From the NCBI GenBank assembly GCA_963720755.1, contig CAVRGP010000011.1, positions 288,001 to 352,000 of the forward strand: a stretch of 64,000 bases of DNA, given 5' to 3'. The notes under the pieces are model-generated. The model did not search any database, had not been told where the DNA came from, and worked only from the letters and a program-made list of their open reading frames with translations. This DNA is from an uncultured Chloroflexia bacterium. GTDB lineage: Bacteria; Chloroflexota; Limnocylindria; Limnocylindrales; CSP1-4. The translations under genes were made by a program, and so were the position numbers. Below are positions 1-10,691 of this stretch, in pieces (position 1 is the first letter of the stretch; each line of letters opens with the position of its first letter).

Positions 1-745
1 AGGCGGAGGTGGCCACGACGGCGTGGCTGGCCCGGACCGCGCCGCCTCCGACGACCGAGGCGACGACGCCGCCGGCCCGGCGCTCGAGGCGGGCCACCTG
101 CGACCGCTCGTGGACTCGGATGCCGCGTTGCCGGGCGACCCGGGCCAGCCCGCGGCACAGGGCCGCCGGGTCGACCAGGACATCCCGGCCGGGCGGGCGA
201 TACAGGCCAGCCTGCCAGATCGGCGAACGGATCTCGTCCTGGACGGCCGCCCGATCCAGGAACTCGAGCGTCTCCCCGTACTCGGCTGCTTCGTCGACCC
301 ACGCTCGGAACTCGTCGACCTGGTGGGGCTGATCGGCCAGGCTGAGCGTCCCGGTCTCCTCGAGATCGCAGTCGATGCCGTGGTCGCGCGTGAACTCGAC
401 CAGTCCCTGCAGGTTGGCCAGACCCTCTGCCTCGAGCCGTTCCAGTTCGTCAGGGAAATGGCGGATCCCGTTGGCCAGGCCGTGGGTGAGTGAAGCCTCG
501 CAGAACCCGCCGTTCCGGCCGCTGGCTCCGAACCCCACGGTCTCCGCCTCGAGGACCATGACGGTCAGGCTCGGGTCCGTGTCGGTCAGGGCGAGCGCCG
601 TCCAGAGGCCGGTGAACCCGGCCCCGATGACGACGACGTCCGCTCGCGCGTCTCCGCGCGGTGGCGCCTCAGCCGGCGGGCCAGGCTCGCGCAGCCAATA
701 GCTCACGCCTTCGACGGGTCCGGGTCGCCTGACGTTGGGTGACAC
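1..745 (-). CDS. FAD-dependent oxidoreductase (DadA/PuuB-like); runs off the left edge of the window
   Basis: Hand translation of the minus strand (absent from the ORF track): SYWL...DVVVIGAGFTGLWTA...VLEAETVGFGASGRNGG. GTG start at 745 or 706. Confidence 0.85.
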   Translation of the reverse strand, partial: MSPNVRRPGPVEGVSYWLREPGPPAEAPPRGDARADVVVIGAGFTGLWTALALTDTDPSLTVMVLEAETVGFGASGRNGGFCEASLTHGLANGIRHFPDELERLEAEGLANLQGLVEFTRDHGIDCDLEETGTLSLADQPHQVDEFRAWVDEAAEYGETLEFLDRAAVQDEIRSPIWQAGLYRPPGRDVLVDPAALCRGLARVARQRGIRVHERSQVARLERRAGGVVASVVGGGAVRASHAVVATSA

Positions 746-843
746 CCATCTATGGTGACACGGCCATCGGTGCTTCCCGTGCGTGGAGACGCTGTCTGGT
801 GCGGTATTCGTCGCATTCGTACGTGATCCGCACGATTATCGCG

Positions 844-901
844 TTGACGAGCGTTCGGCGCTTGTGGCACGATGCGCAGGTTCTGTTCCGTCCAGCGCAA
901 C
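844..901 (+). promoter_or_regulatory. Sigma70-like promoter with a putative IclR operator
   Basis: TTGACG(844)-18 bp-CACGAT(868). GTTCCGTCCAGCGCAAC (885-901) is an imperfect GTT-N11-AAC palindrome ahead of the operon that contains iclR. Confidence 0.4.
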
Positions 902-945
902 GAGCGTCTCGCGGAGCGGGCCGATCCGCCGTAGTTGAGGACCAG

Positions 946-2340
946 ATGACCACCCGACCCGCCCTGCCCCAGCCCCTGGCGCGAGCCACCCAGACCGAGA
1001 TGTACGCCCGAGCGCGTCGCACGCTGCCCGGCGGCGCCAATTCGAACTTCCGGGCCTGGGGCGACGACACGATCTATGTCGATCGAGGCAAAGGCGGCCT
1101 GGTCTGGGACATGGACGGCAACGAGTACATCGATCTGCGGATGGGGTATGGGCCGGTCATCCTCGGGCATGGCGACGAGCGGGTCGACGACCACGTCAAC
1201 GAGCGGATGCGCAGGGGCGTCAGTTTCTCGCTGACGTCGGAGGACGAGGTCCAGGCGATGGAGCTGGTCAAGGAGCTGACCGGCTGGGTCGACAAGGTCC
1301 GGATGACCGTGTCCGGGACGGAAGCGACGATGCACGCGATGCGCGTCGCGCGCGCCTACACCGGCCGGGACCGGATCGTGAAATTCGAGGGCCAGTACCA
1401 CGGCGTCCACGACTACGCCCTGATCAGCGTCGGGCCGGACAAGATGTCCGAGCTCGGCGACAAGGACGCGCCAGTGGCCCTGGCCTGGGGCCGGGGCATC
1501 CCTGATGCGGTCGCAGCCACGATCATCCCGGCGCGCTACAACAATATCGAGGCGCTCCGCCGGCTGTTCGAAGCCCGTGGTGAAGAGATCGCCGCGATCA
1601 TCGTCGAGCCGGTCCTCGGCAACGCCCAGGGGATCATGCCCAAGCCCGGGTTCCATCAGGCGATGCGGGCGCTCACGGAGGAGTACGGCATCCTCCTGAT
1701 CTTCGACGAGGTGAAGACCGGCTTCCGCTTCGCCAAGGGCGGAGCCGCCGAGTTCTTCGGCATCAAGCCGGACCTCGCGACCTACGCCAAGGCGATGGGC
1801 AACGGCTATCCGGCCGCCGCATTCGGCGGTCGAGAGGAAGTGATGAGCGTCCTTCCGGACAAGGTCAGCCACGGCGGAACGTACGCCGGCAACCGGGTGG
1901 CCGCAGCGGCCGCCGTGAAGACCCTCACCATCCTGCGCGACACGGACGCCCTCGATGTCATCCATGCCACCGGTCGGCGGGTCCAGGACGGCCTCCGCGA
2001 GGTGTTGAATCCGACCGGATTGCCGTACCACTTCACCGGCCACCCGAGCATGTTCGGGATCATGTTCTCGGTCGAGGAAGCGTCGGAGTATCGCGACTGG
2101 GCCGACACGGACCACGAGCTCTACGACGCCATCGCCGTCGGGATGCACGCTCGGGGTGCCATGCCCGAACCGGACTCGCGTGAGCCGTGGTTCTTCTGCG
2201 AGGCGCACGCCGAGGGTGACATCGTCGACCGGGTCGTCTCGATCTTCTCCGACTCCCTCGACGCCGCTCTCGAGGACCGGGCCCACGGCAAGCTCGGCGA
2301 GCCGACGACTGGCGCGATGTCACATCCGACAGCCGGTTGA
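946..2340 (+). CDS. Class III PLP aminotransferase (glutamate-1-semialdehyde aminomutase-like)
   Basis: Motifs SGTEATM, FEGQYHG, LIFDEVKTGFR, AKAMGNG, HGGTY. GAGG precedes the ATG at 946. Confidence 0.9.
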   Translation: MTTRPALPQPLARATQTEMYARARRTLPGGANSNFRAWGDDTIYVDRGKGGLVWDMDGNEYIDLRMGYGPVILGHGDERVDDHVNERMRRGVSFSLTSEDEVQAMELVKELTGWVDKVRMTVSGTEATMHAMRVARAYTGRDRIVKFEGQYHGVHDYALISVGPDKMSELGDKDAPVALAWGRGIPDAVAATIIPARYNNIEALRRLFEARGEEIAAIIVEPVLGNAQGIMPKPGFHQAMRALTEEYGILLIFDEVKTGFRFAKGGAAEFFGIKPDLATYAKAMGNGYPAAAFGGREEVMSVLPDKVSHGGTYAGNRVAAAAAVKTLTILRDTDALDVIHATGRRVQDGLREVLNPTGLPYHFTGHPSMFGIMFSVEEASEYRDWADTDHELYDAIAVGMHARGAMPEPDSREPWFFCEAHAEGDIVDRVVSIFSDSLDAALEDRAHGKLGEPTTGAMSHPTAG

Positions 2341-2354
2341 ACGGGCCGGGCGGG

Positions 2355-3125
2355 ATGGTCCTCGACGGCAACGCCGTTCGGTCGGTCGATCGAGCGGCGG
2401 CGTTGCTACTCGCCCTCGGTGAGAGCCAGGGCGAGGCCGGGGTCACGGAGCTCGCCCGCAGGCTTGGGCTGCACAAGTCGACGGCATCGCGACTGCTCGC
2501 CACGCTGCAGAAGCGGGGCCTCGTCGAGCAGGACCACGAGACAGGCAAATACCGGCTCGGGCTCGTCGTCATCCGGCTCGCTGAACGTGCCGAGCGAACC
2601 CTCGATCTGCGCAGCATCGCCCTCCCGGAGCTCGAGCGTCTTGCCCGTCTGACCCACGAAACGACCGGTCTCGGGATCTTCGATGGCGACACGATGCTGT
2701 CGGTCGCCCAGGTGGATGGGCCGAACCTCAGCGCCGTCGCGGACTGGACCGGGCGGGCCACACCGCTCCACTGCGTCGCGACCGGCAAGGTCCTGCTCTC
2801 CTCGCTGGCCGAACGCGAGGTCCTTCGGATCGTCCGGCGTGGTCTGGTCAGCTACACGGAACGGACCATCGTCGAGCTCGAGCCGTTGCTCGAAGAGCTT
2901 GCGCGGATCCGGCGTCGCGGCTATGCCACGGCGATCGGCGAATATGAGACCGGGCTCAACGCGGTCGCGGCTCCGGTCTACGACGCCCGTGCCAATGTCG
3001 TCGCCGCGGTCGACATCTGGGGCCCGGCCTTCAGGCTCACTCCCCGGCGGATGCCCGAACTCGCGGCGCAGGCGCGGGAGGCGGCGGCAGCCATCTCCGT
3101 CCGGCTCGGCGGCGCGGCCGCCTGA
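2355..3125 (+). CDS. IclR family transcriptional regulator
   Basis: VRSVDRAA...GVTELARRLGLHKSTASRLL HTH; HCVATGKVLL; RRRGYA. Confidence 0.95.
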   Translation: MVLDGNAVRSVDRAAALLLALGESQGEAGVTELARRLGLHKSTASRLLATLQKRGLVEQDHETGKYRLGLVVIRLAERAERTLDLRSIALPELERLARLTHETTGLGIFDGDTMLSVAQVDGPNLSAVADWTGRATPLHCVATGKVLLSSLAEREVLRIVRRGLVSYTERTIVELEPLLEELARIRRRGYATAIGEYETGLNAVAAPVYDARANVVAAVDIWGPAFRLTPRRMPELAAQAREAAAAISVRLGGAAA

Positions 3126-3179
3126 GCCACGCCGCGGCCGGTCACGCGAACGGCGGTCGGCGCGCTACCCTTGGAGACG

Positions 3180-4073
3180 ATGCCCGACTTCGAGTCCAAA
3201 CCCTGGAATGAGATCGGCCGGATCTTCACCCAAGAACTCCTGCCGGTCCTGATCATCATCGTCGGCGGCCTGATCGCGATGCGCCTGTCGCGCGTGTTCG
3301 TCCACGGCATCGTCAAGTCGCTGCTCGATCGCGAGGTCGCCGAGGGGACGGCCCAGGAACTGAGCGCGGTCGAGTCGAAGAAGCGGATGGACACGCTCGA
3401 CGGGTTTGGCGCCGCGACCATCCAGGCGTTCATCGCCGTCATCGTCACGCTGATGGTGCTCGGTCAGGTCGGCTTCGACATCGGGCCGGCGGTGGCCGGG
3501 CTCGGGGTCGTCGGGATCGCCGTCGGCTTCGGGGCCCAAAGCCTCGTCCGCGACTACCTCAACGGGGCGCTGATCCTGATCGAGAACCAGTTCGCCAAGG
3601 GTGACGTGATCCGGGTCGCCGGTGTCGCCGGGACGGTCGAGGACTTCACCCTTCGGCGGACGACCCTGCGCGATCTCGATGGGGTCGTCCATACCGTTCC
3701 GAACGGCGAGATCACCGTTGCCTCCAACATGACCCGCGTGTGGGCCAGGATCAATCTCGACATCTCGGTCGCCTACGGCACCGACATCGACGCCGTGTTC
3801 GAGATCGTCGGCCAGATCGGTCGGGACATGGCCGCCGATCCGACCTGGAAGCGCCGGGTCCTCGAGGCACCGGTGGTCGATCGGGTCCAGGCGCTGGCCG
3901 ACAGCGGCGTGACACTCAAGGTACTCGGGACCGTCCGGGCGCAGGACCAGTGGGCGGCCACGGGCGACCTGCGGCGGCGGATCCTCGCCGCATTCGCCGA
4001 ACATGGCATCGAGATCCCGTTCCCGCACGTCGTCGCCGTCATCCGCAGCGAGACGCCGGACGCCGGCGGATAG
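3180..4073 (+). CDS. MscS small-conductance mechanosensitive channel (YbiO-like)
   Basis: [37 protein letters not shown]. Confidence 0.93.
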   Translation: MPDFESKPWNEIGRIFTQELLPVLIIIVGGLIAMRLSRVFVHGIVKSLLDREVAEGTAQELSAVESKKRMDTLDGFGAATIQAFIAVIVTLMVLGQVGFDIGPAVAGLGVVGIAVGFGAQSLVRDYLNGALILIENQFAKGDVIRVAGVAGTVEDFTLRRTTLRDLDGVVHTVPNGEITVASNMTRVWARINLDISVAYGTDIDAVFEIVGQIGRDMAADPTWKRRVLEAPVVDRVQALADSGVTLKVLGTVRAQDQWAATGDLRRRILAAFAEHGIEIPFPHVVAVIRSETPDAGG

Positions 4074-4144
4074 ATCGGTCGTTCCACTCGGTTTCCGCGC
4101 GCGGTAGGATGGCTGCGCAGGCCGACTTCGAACGCGAGGGAACC

Positions 4145-6109
4145 GTGACCGCTGACCAGCCGACTTCTCCCCCCGAGATCGAGAACCTCCTCGCAGAGTC
4201 GCGACTCTTCCCGCCGGATCCCGCCTTCGCCGCCCAGGCTAACGCGACCGCCGATCTGTATGCGGAAGCCGACGCCGACTTCGAGGCGTTCTGGGCGACG
4301 CGCGCCAGGGAGCGGATCGACTGGTCCACGCCGTTCGAAACCACGCTGGAGTGGGACCTCCCATTCGCCAAGTGGTTCACCGGTGGCCGACTGAACGTCG
4401 CCTACAACTGCGTCGACCGTCATGTCGAGCGCGGACTCGGCGACAAGGTGGCGTACCACTGGATCGGGGAGCCCGGCGATACCCGGACGCTTACCTTCGC
4501 CGACCTCCAGCGCGAGGTCAGCAAGACGGCCAATGCCCTGAAGGAGCTGGGCGTCGAGACCGGCGACCGGGTCGCCATCTACATGCCGATGATCCCGGAG
4601 CTGCCGATCGCCATGCTCGCCTGCGCCCGGATCGGGGCGCCCCACACGGTCGTGTTCGGTGGATTCTCGGCGGAGGCGTTGTCCGGCCGGATCAACGACT
4701 GCGGGGCGAAGGTGCTCATCACGGCGGACGGCGGCTATCGGCGGGGCAAGGCGGTCGGCCTCAAACACCATGCCGACGAAGCCCTGGCGGATACGCCCAC
4801 GATCGAGGCGACGATCGTCGTCAATCGGCTGGGCCACGATGTCCACATGGTCCCCGAGCGGGATCATTGGTGGCATGACATCGTCGATCGCCAATCTGTC
4901 GACTGCCCGCCCGTCCCGGTGGATTCGGAGCATCCCCTCTACCTGCTCTATACCTCGGGGACGACGGCCAAGCCCAAGGGCATCCTCCACACCACGGCGG
5001 GCTACCTCCTGGGGGCGTCGTTCAGCCACGACGTCGTCTTCGACATCAAACCGGACGACGTCTACTGGTGTGCGGCGGACATCGGGTGGGTGACCGGACA
5101 CAGCTACATCGTCTACGGACCGCTGGCCAATGCCTCCACCGGGATCATGTACGAAGGCGCCCCGGACACGCCGGCGTGGGATCGCTGGTGGCAGATCGTC
5201 GAGGATTACAAGGTCACCATCCTCTACTGCGCGCCGACCGCGATCCGGGCGTTCATGAAGCAAGGCGAGGCCTGGCCGGATCGGCACGACCTGTCGACCC
5301 TGCGCGTCCTCGGATCGGTCGGCGAGCCGATCAATCCAGAAGCCTGGCTGTGGTACCGCGAACACATCGGCGGTAACCGGGCGCCGGTCGTGGACACCTG
5401 GTGGCAGACAGAGACGGGACAGATCCTGATCACCCCGCTACCCGGTGTGACGGTGACCAAGCCCGGCTCGGCCACCTTCCCGTTCCCTGGTATCGACGCG
5501 GATGTCGTGGACGCGGACGGCAAGTCGGTCCCGCTGGGCGGCGGCGGCTATCTCGTCCTCAAGCGCCCGTGGCCAGCCATGCTGCGGGGGATCTACGGCG
5601 ATCCGGAGCGATACCGCGAGACCTACTGGAAGCGGTTCCCCGGGATGTACTTCGCGGGCGACGGCGCCAAGCGCGACCTGGACGGATACCTGTGGCTGCT
5701 CGGCCGGGTCGACGACGTCATGAATATCGCCGGTCATCGGATCTCGACGACCGAGGTCGAATTGGCCCTGGTCGACCACAAGTCGGTTGCGGAAGCCGCG
5801 GTCGTCGGCAAGAAGGACGACATCTCCGGCCAGGCGATCTTCGCGTTCGTCATCCTCAAGGCCGACCAGGAACCATCCGATGCACTCGGCGTCCAGCTCC
5901 GGGAACACGTCGCCTACGTCATCGGCCCGATCGCGCGGCCCAAGTTCCTGATGTTCGTCCCGGATCTGCCCAAGACACGCTCGGGCAAGATCATGCGTCG
6001 TCTGTTGCGAGATATCGCCGAGGGCCGGGCGCTCGGCGATACGACGACCCTGGCCGATGCCGGTGTCGTGGACACGATCCGCGAGCATTCCGGCGCGGCG
6101 GAGGAGTGA
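4145..6109 (+). CDS. acs: Acetyl-CoA synthetase
   Basis: [31 protein letters not shown]. Start is GTG 4145 or ATG 4109. Confidence 0.97.
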   Translation: MTADQPTSPPEIENLLAESRLFPPDPAFAAQANATADLYAEADADFEAFWATRARERIDWSTPFETTLEWDLPFAKWFTGGRLNVAYNCVDRHVERGLGDKVAYHWIGEPGDTRTLTFADLQREVSKTANALKELGVETGDRVAIYMPMIPELPIAMLACARIGAPHTVVFGGFSAEALSGRINDCGAKVLITADGGYRRGKAVGLKHHADEALADTPTIEATIVVNRLGHDVHMVPERDHWWHDIVDRQSVDCPPVPVDSEHPLYLLYTSGTTAKPKGILHTTAGYLLGASFSHDVVFDIKPDDVYWCAADIGWVTGHSYIVYGPLANASTGIMYEGAPDTPAWDRWWQIVEDYKVTILYCAPTAIRAFMKQGEAWPDRHDLSTLRVLGSVGEPINPEAWLWYREHIGGNRAPVVDTWWQTETGQILITPLPGVTVTKPGSATFPFPGIDADVVDADGKSVPLGGGGYLVLKRPWPAMLRGIYGDPERYRETYWKRFPGMYFAGDGAKRDLDGYLWLLGRVDDVMNIAGHRISTTEVELALVDHKSVAEAAVVGKKDDISGQAIFAFVILKADQEPSDALGVQLREHVAYVIGPIARPKFLMFVPDLPKTRSGKIMRRLLRDIAEGRALGDTTTLADAGVVDTIREHSGAAEE

Positions 6110-6110
6110 C

Positions 6111-6755
6111 ATGCCGTTCGACTTCCTGAAGCGCAAGAAGCCCGAGGCCGAGCCGCCCATCCCCACGGCGAACGTCGACGCCACTCCGCACGGCACCCAG
6201 TTCGATGGATTGACCGAGGAGTGGCGGTTGACCGGGCGGATGATCATCGACGGGCGGCTGTCCGATGCGCTCAACAAGCGGGAGCCGATCACCATCGATG
6301 ACGTGAGCTGGGCGCCGGTGGACGGATCCGGGCCGATGGCCCCCGCCCCGGGCTTCAAGTCGGTCGATCCGTACGATCTGGTCATCGTCTTCGCCGACGA
6401 GGCCTCGCTCGCGGCTCAGACGGACGAGGAACGGGCCGCCCATCGAGTCCACAAGGTCACCTATGAAGTCGCCCTCGAGGCACCGCCATACCGTGTCGTC
6501 GGCACGGTCCTGCTGTACCCGGGGTCCGAACCCGATTCACTCTTGCAGCGGTCCTCGGAGATGTTCGTACCGGTCGTCGATGCGAGGGCGACCATCGGCG
6601 GCCGGCCCATCGGATCCGAGATCGCAACCGCCATCCTCGTCAATCGCCAATACCTGCGCGGGGTCGAGCAGGTCGATGCCCGGACCGGCGAGGCGCATGA
6701 AAAGCTGCCCGGAACGTCGATGGGCGGCGTCAACTGGTCGGATCGCAGTCGCTGA
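6111..6755 (+). CDS. Hypothetical protein, DUF6812-like
   Basis: GAGGAG RBS; PYRVVG..L...FVPVVDA...LVNR pattern; paralogous to 38283..38819. Confidence 0.65.
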   Translation: MPFDFLKRKKPEAEPPIPTANVDATPHGTQFDGLTEEWRLTGRMIIDGRLSDALNKREPITIDDVSWAPVDGSGPMAPAPGFKSVDPYDLVIVFADEASLAAQTDEERAAHRVHKVTYEVALEAPPYRVVGTVLLYPGSEPDSLLQRSSEMFVPVVDARATIGGRPIGSEIATAILVNRQYLRGVEQVDARTGEAHEKLPGTSMGGVNWSDRSR

Positions 6756-6773
6756 ACCCGGTCGCGATCGCGG

Positions 6774-8003
6774 TCAGACCGACGCGGCCTCTTTGCTCCG
6801 GATGGGCAACCGGAACCCGACCTTTGGTGCGGGGGCAGGTTTTGGCGTTCCCAGGATCCGGTCGGCCAGCTCGACGAAATCGGTGGTGATCTTCTCTTTC
6901 GGAAACATATCGATGACCGTCCGTCCCTCGTTGGCCGCCCGAACGAACAGGAGACCCCCGGAACGGATCAGCGACAGCGCCGGCATCCCGACCGTTCGCT
7001 CCATGTCCGCGACGCTGAGGCCGCTGTTGGCACGATTGATGACCATCGCCAGACGCTCCCGACAGCCAAGGTCGCCGGCCACGTCGCGCAATTGGACGGC
7101 GGCCCGGACCGCCGGCACATCCGGTGTCACCGGCACGAGGATCCGGTCGGCTTCCTCGAAGATGGCCTGATTCAGCGTGCTGTAGGACGGGTGCAGGTCG
7201 ATGATGATGATGTCGAACAACGACCGCGCTGCAGCGATCGCTGCGGCGACGCGCGGCGGATCGAGCACGTCCGTGTGCAGCGGGGAGTCGGTCAGGGAGA
7301 CGACGCGCATGCCCGAATCATGGGGCGATGAGATGTCGTAGAGGCTCTCGCTCGGACCCCCGTCGGCTTCGTCCCGCCAACTGTCCGCGACGCTTCGCGT
7401 CGAGTCGATCGCCAGCGATGTCGTCACGTGGCCGGTCACCGTGTCCGCGTCGACCAGCAGGACCGACTTGGCCTTGTGAGCCTGGAATGCGGCAGCGAGG
7501 TTGGTCGCCACCGTCGTCTTGCCGACGCCGCCTTTCGGGTTGAACACCGCGATCGTCGTGGCGCGGCCACCCCAGCTGTTGCGCTCGATCTCGCCGCCTT
7601 GCAGGACCGGGCCGCTGCCGTCGTCGACGGTGTCGCGACGGATGCACATCGCCTCGACCCGCCAACGGATCGAGTCGGCCGAATACGGTCGCGTGAAGTA
7701 TTCGTCCCCGACATGGCTGCTGGGCTGGCTGGCAAGCCGGTCGTATGCCCGCGGTGAGACGACGGTCAGCATCGGGACGGTCCGCTCGTCGCCCCCCAGA
7801 TTCGCCTCGTACTCGAGCGCGACCTCGATGTCGATCTCACCGTCAAGGACGGCCAGACCGATCCCGCCACGGGTGTCCATGGCAGCCCGCAGCTCACCAG
7901 GATTCTCGACTGGGACCACCTCGAAGCCGGCGGCGTGCAGTTCCGCGCTGACCGCGATGGATTCACTGGTCGGCAGAGCGACGGCGATGGTGGGGCGGGC
8001 CAC
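6774..8003 (-). CDS. CpaE/MinD/ParA-family ATPase with an N-terminal receiver-like domain
   Basis: Deviant Walker A NPKGGVGKTT, LLVDAD, IIIDL, INR, AANEG; receiver-like N-terminus. Confidence 0.85.
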   Translation of the reverse strand: MARPTIAVALPTSESIAVSAELHAAGFEVVPVENPGELRAAMDTRGGIGLAVLDGEIDIEVALEYEANLGGDERTVPMLTVVSPRAYDRLASQPSSHVGDEYFTRPYSADSIRWRVEAMCIRRDTVDDGSGPVLQGGEIERNSWGGRATTIAVFNPKGGVGKTTVATNLAAAFQAHKAKSVLLVDADTVTGHVTTSLAIDSTRSVADSWRDEADGGPSESLYDISSPHDSGMRVVSLTDSPLHTDVLDPPRVAAAIAAARSLFDIIIIDLHPSYSTLNQAIFEEADRILVPVTPDVPAVRAAVQLRDVAGDLGCRERLAMVINRANSGLSVADMERTVGMPALSLIRSGGLLFVRAANEGRTVIDMFPKEKITTDFVELADRILGTPKPAPAPKVGFRLPIRSKEAASV

Positions 8004-8039
8004 GCAAGACTCCTTCGGGGCTTTGGGTCTGGGGGTAGG

Positions 8040-9317
8040 TCAGGCTTCCGTGTCGGGGTCGTGGGCGGTGATGTCGAGGGCTCCGTCCGTTTCTCCGGTG
8101 ACTCGTGCTTCGAAACCGGGCAATGCCACGATGGCCCCGCCAAGCGACAGGCCGGCATCGTGCTCGACCGTGAAGACGAACTCACCGTCCGGTCCTGAGG
8201 CGACTCGGATCCCGCTGACTCCGGGCGCCCGTCCGAGGCTTCGCTTGAACGTCGCGATGCTGGCCACGCTGACCAGGCCGACGACGGACACGCGAGTGGT
8301 CGTGCGCTCGCTCGAGGTCGGGGCATCGATGGCGATCGCCTCCTCGGTCCCGGAGGATTCCTCGACCGGCGCGTCGGGTTCCCGGTCCCCGGCGATGTTG
8401 AGGGCGGCGTCGTCTTCACTCAGGCTTCCGGCGAAGGTGGCGGCCTCGGCCTCGGCGGCAGCGAAGTCCGCCACCGGCTGGTCGCCGCTCTCGGATACGG
8501 TCGCCTGTTCGCTGCCGGCGTCAGGGGCCGCGGTATCCGCGTCCGCCATGGGGTGGCCCGGCCATGCGTCGGGGACCCGCGTGGCCGGCGTGACCGGATC
8601 GAACGGCTCGAAGGCCGGGACGGCGATCGATGCAGCCACACCGGCCAGGTCAGGTGGTTCGGGCATCGTCTCGGCCATCGAGGCGATCCGCGTCGGATCC
8701 TCCTCGGCCAGGAGGCGCTCGAAGAACGACGACATCTCGGATTCGAACTCTTCGACCGTCGACGCGACGCGCTGGACGCGAGCTTCGACGACACCGGCAT
8801 GGGCGTCCATCTCGCCGTCGAGAGCCGTCTTGCGAACGGCGATCCGGGCCTCGGCCTCTTCACGGATCCGGGCGATCTCGCCCTTGGACCACTCGCGAAC
8901 CGCGGCGACGTCGTCGTCGGCACGTCGACGAAGGTCGGCACTCTCGCCCGTGGCGGCGACCTGGATCTCCTCGACGACGGCCTTCGCGTCCGCAGAGAAC
9001 CGGGCCATGATCTCTTCGCGCGAGCTGACGGCAGCCGTCTGCATCGCCCGGCTCATGTCGGCCATGATCTTGGTGGGTCGGCGGCCCGTCAGCGCAGCCA
9101 TCGGGAAGGCCGGCTCAGGGGTCTGGACCTCTTCGGTCGCGGCGTTGGTATCGACCATGACAGGGCTATCGACCTCCTCGGTTGGGGCGGGATCGACGGA
9201 GGCCGGCGCCTCGGTGTCCGGCGTTTCAGTCGGGGCTTCGGCGGACGCCTTGTCGGCATGCGCCTTGTCCCCTGGCCACGGGAGCCTGAATCCTTGTGGT
9301 GTCTCGATCTGGGCCAT
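8040..9317 (-). CDS. Acidic coiled-coil hypothetical protein with a small C-terminal alpha/beta domain
   Basis: E/A/R-rich heptad region; C-terminal RVSVVGLVSVASIATFKRSL...FVFTVEH. Confidence 0.7.
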   Translation of the reverse strand: MAQIETPQGFRLPWPGDKAHADKASAEAPTETPDTEAPASVDPAPTEEVDSPVMVDTNAATEEVQTPEPAFPMAALTGRRPTKIMADMSRAMQTAAVSSREEIMARFSADAKAVVEEIQVAATGESADLRRRADDDVAAVREWSKGEIARIREEAEARIAVRKTALDGEMDAHAGVVEARVQRVASTVEEFESEMSSFFERLLAEEDPTRIASMAETMPEPPDLAGVAASIAVPAFEPFDPVTPATRVPDAWPGHPMADADTAAPDAGSEQATVSESGDQPVADFAAAEAEAATFAGSLSEDDAALNIAGDREPDAPVEESSGTEEAIAIDAPTSSERTTTRVSVVGLVSVASIATFKRSLGRAPGVSGIRVASGPDGEFVFTVEHDAGLSLGGAIVALPGFEARVTGETDGALDITAHDPDTEA

Positions 9318-9476
9318 GCGTCGCGATCCTCACGTAGGGGATGCCGGACGGGGTTGCCTGGCATCCACGGGCTTGGTCGCATCGTGGCAGCGAGGGTCGG
9401 TATGGTGCAGTTGGCTAGAGGTACCAGCGGTCTGCGCCGGTGGTACCGCCGAGCGACCCCCGGATTCCGGGCTACC

Positions 9477-10535
9477 ATGCCCTGGATGGAAACCGACCCC
9501 GTCCGCGCCGGCGCTCACCCACCGATCGACACGCTCGGGCGGCCGATCCGCGATCTGCGGATCTCCGTCACCGACCGGTGCAACTTCCGCTGCACGTATT
9601 GCATGCCCAAGGAGGTCTTCGGGCGCGACTTCGAGTTCCTGCCCCGGGACCAGGTCCTCCACTTCGAGGAGATCGAGCGGATCGCCCGCATCTTCGTCTC
9701 ACTCGGGGTCGAGAAGCTTCGGATCACCGGAGGCGAGCCGCTCGTCCGGCGTGACCTGCCCGATCTCATCGCGATGCTGGCGACGATCCGCCGGCCCGAC
9801 GGCGGAGAGGTCGATCTGACCCTGACGACCAACGGATCGGCCCTCCGACGGCTCGCGCGTCCGCTTGTGCAGGCCGGATTGCAACGGGTAACCGTCAGCC
9901 TCGATTCGCTCGATGACGCGGTTTTCGGGGCGATGAACGGGATCGATTTCCCGGTCGCCCGGGTGCTGGATGGAGTCGCGGCGGCGATCGAGGCGGGGCT
10001 CACGCCGGTCAAGGTGAATATGGTCGTCCGGCGCGGGATCAACGAGTCGAGCCTCGTGCCGATGGCCACGTGGGCGCGTGAGACCGGCGTGATCCTGCGA
10101 TTCATCGAATACATGGACGTCGGCCATTCGAACGGTTGGCGTCTCGATGAGGTCGTGCCTGCCACCGAGATCGTCGAGACGATCGCCGGCGTGTGGCCGG
10201 TGGAGGCGGAGGCCCCGTCGTATCTCGGTGAGGTCGCCGGCAGGTGGCGGTACGCGGACGGTGGTGGCGAGTTCGGGGTCATCTCCTCGGTCACCCAGCC
10301 ATTCTGTCGGGACTGCACTCGCGCGCGCATCTCGGCCGAGGGTCGCTTGTACACGTGCCTGTTCGCGGTAGATGGTCACGATCTTCGAGATCGGTTGCGG
10401 GCGGGGATCTCGGACACGGAGCTGACCGATGCGATCGCCTCGATCTGGTCGCGCCGAGGCGATCGATATTCGGAGCGGCGGTCGGAGGCGACCACGCGGC
10501 TGCCGAAGATCGAGATGTTCGCGATGGGCGGCTAG
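9477..10535 (+). CDS. moaA: GTP 3',8-cyclase (radical SAM)
   Basis: LRISVTDRCNFRCTYC, FCRDCTRAR...C, C-terminal MGG. Confidence 0.97.
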   Translation: MPWMETDPVRAGAHPPIDTLGRPIRDLRISVTDRCNFRCTYCMPKEVFGRDFEFLPRDQVLHFEEIERIARIFVSLGVEKLRITGGEPLVRRDLPDLIAMLATIRRPDGGEVDLTLTTNGSALRRLARPLVQAGLQRVTVSLDSLDDAVFGAMNGIDFPVARVLDGVAAAIEAGLTPVKVNMVVRRGINESSLVPMATWARETGVILRFIEYMDVGHSNGWRLDEVVPATEIVETIAGVWPVEAEAPSYLGEVAGRWRYADGGGEFGVISSVTQPFCRDCTRARISAEGRLYTCLFAVDGHDLRDRLRAGISDTELTDAIASIWSRRGDRYSERRSEATTRLPKIEMFAMGG

Positions 10536-10575
10536 GGTCGGGAACCGACGCTCGCGTGGCCGGCCCTGAGCGTGG

Positions 10576-10685
10576 TTGTCCACATCCTGTCCACAGGCAT
10601 GGACAAGTCGTGGATGGCGGTCGGGTGGCCGGTCTCGAGTTCGTGGATAACCGCGTTGACCGTCGATCGGGCGCGCCCCTATCGT
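10576..10685 (+). promoter_or_regulatory. Cluster of DnaA-box-like sites followed by a sigma70 promoter
   Basis: TTGTCCACA (10576), CTGTCCACA (10587), reverse TTGTCCATG (10598) and reverse TTATCCACG (10642); then TTGACC(10656)-18 bp-TATCGT(10680). Confidence 0.6.
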
Positions 10686-10691
10686 TGGTCT

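Noticed and set aside
3740-4144. N-terminal extensions of acs (likewise moaA, oppC/D/F and natB in the ORF track)
   Set aside because: They overlap upstream genes; downstream starts with an RBS or stop-start overlap give normal lengths.
9318-9476. Moco riboswitch upstream of moaA
   Set aside because: Only generic hairpins; no recognisable consensus.
7501-9819. Long alternative ORFs (772 aa here; also 703..2286, 13134..15539, 3773..5365, 59033..60457)
   Set aside because: Antisense shadows of real genes, typical of high-GC DNA, with no family motifs.
10576-10690. Chromosomal oriC
   Set aside because: No AT-rich unwinding region and no dnaA/dnaN context; kept only as a regulatory box cluster.
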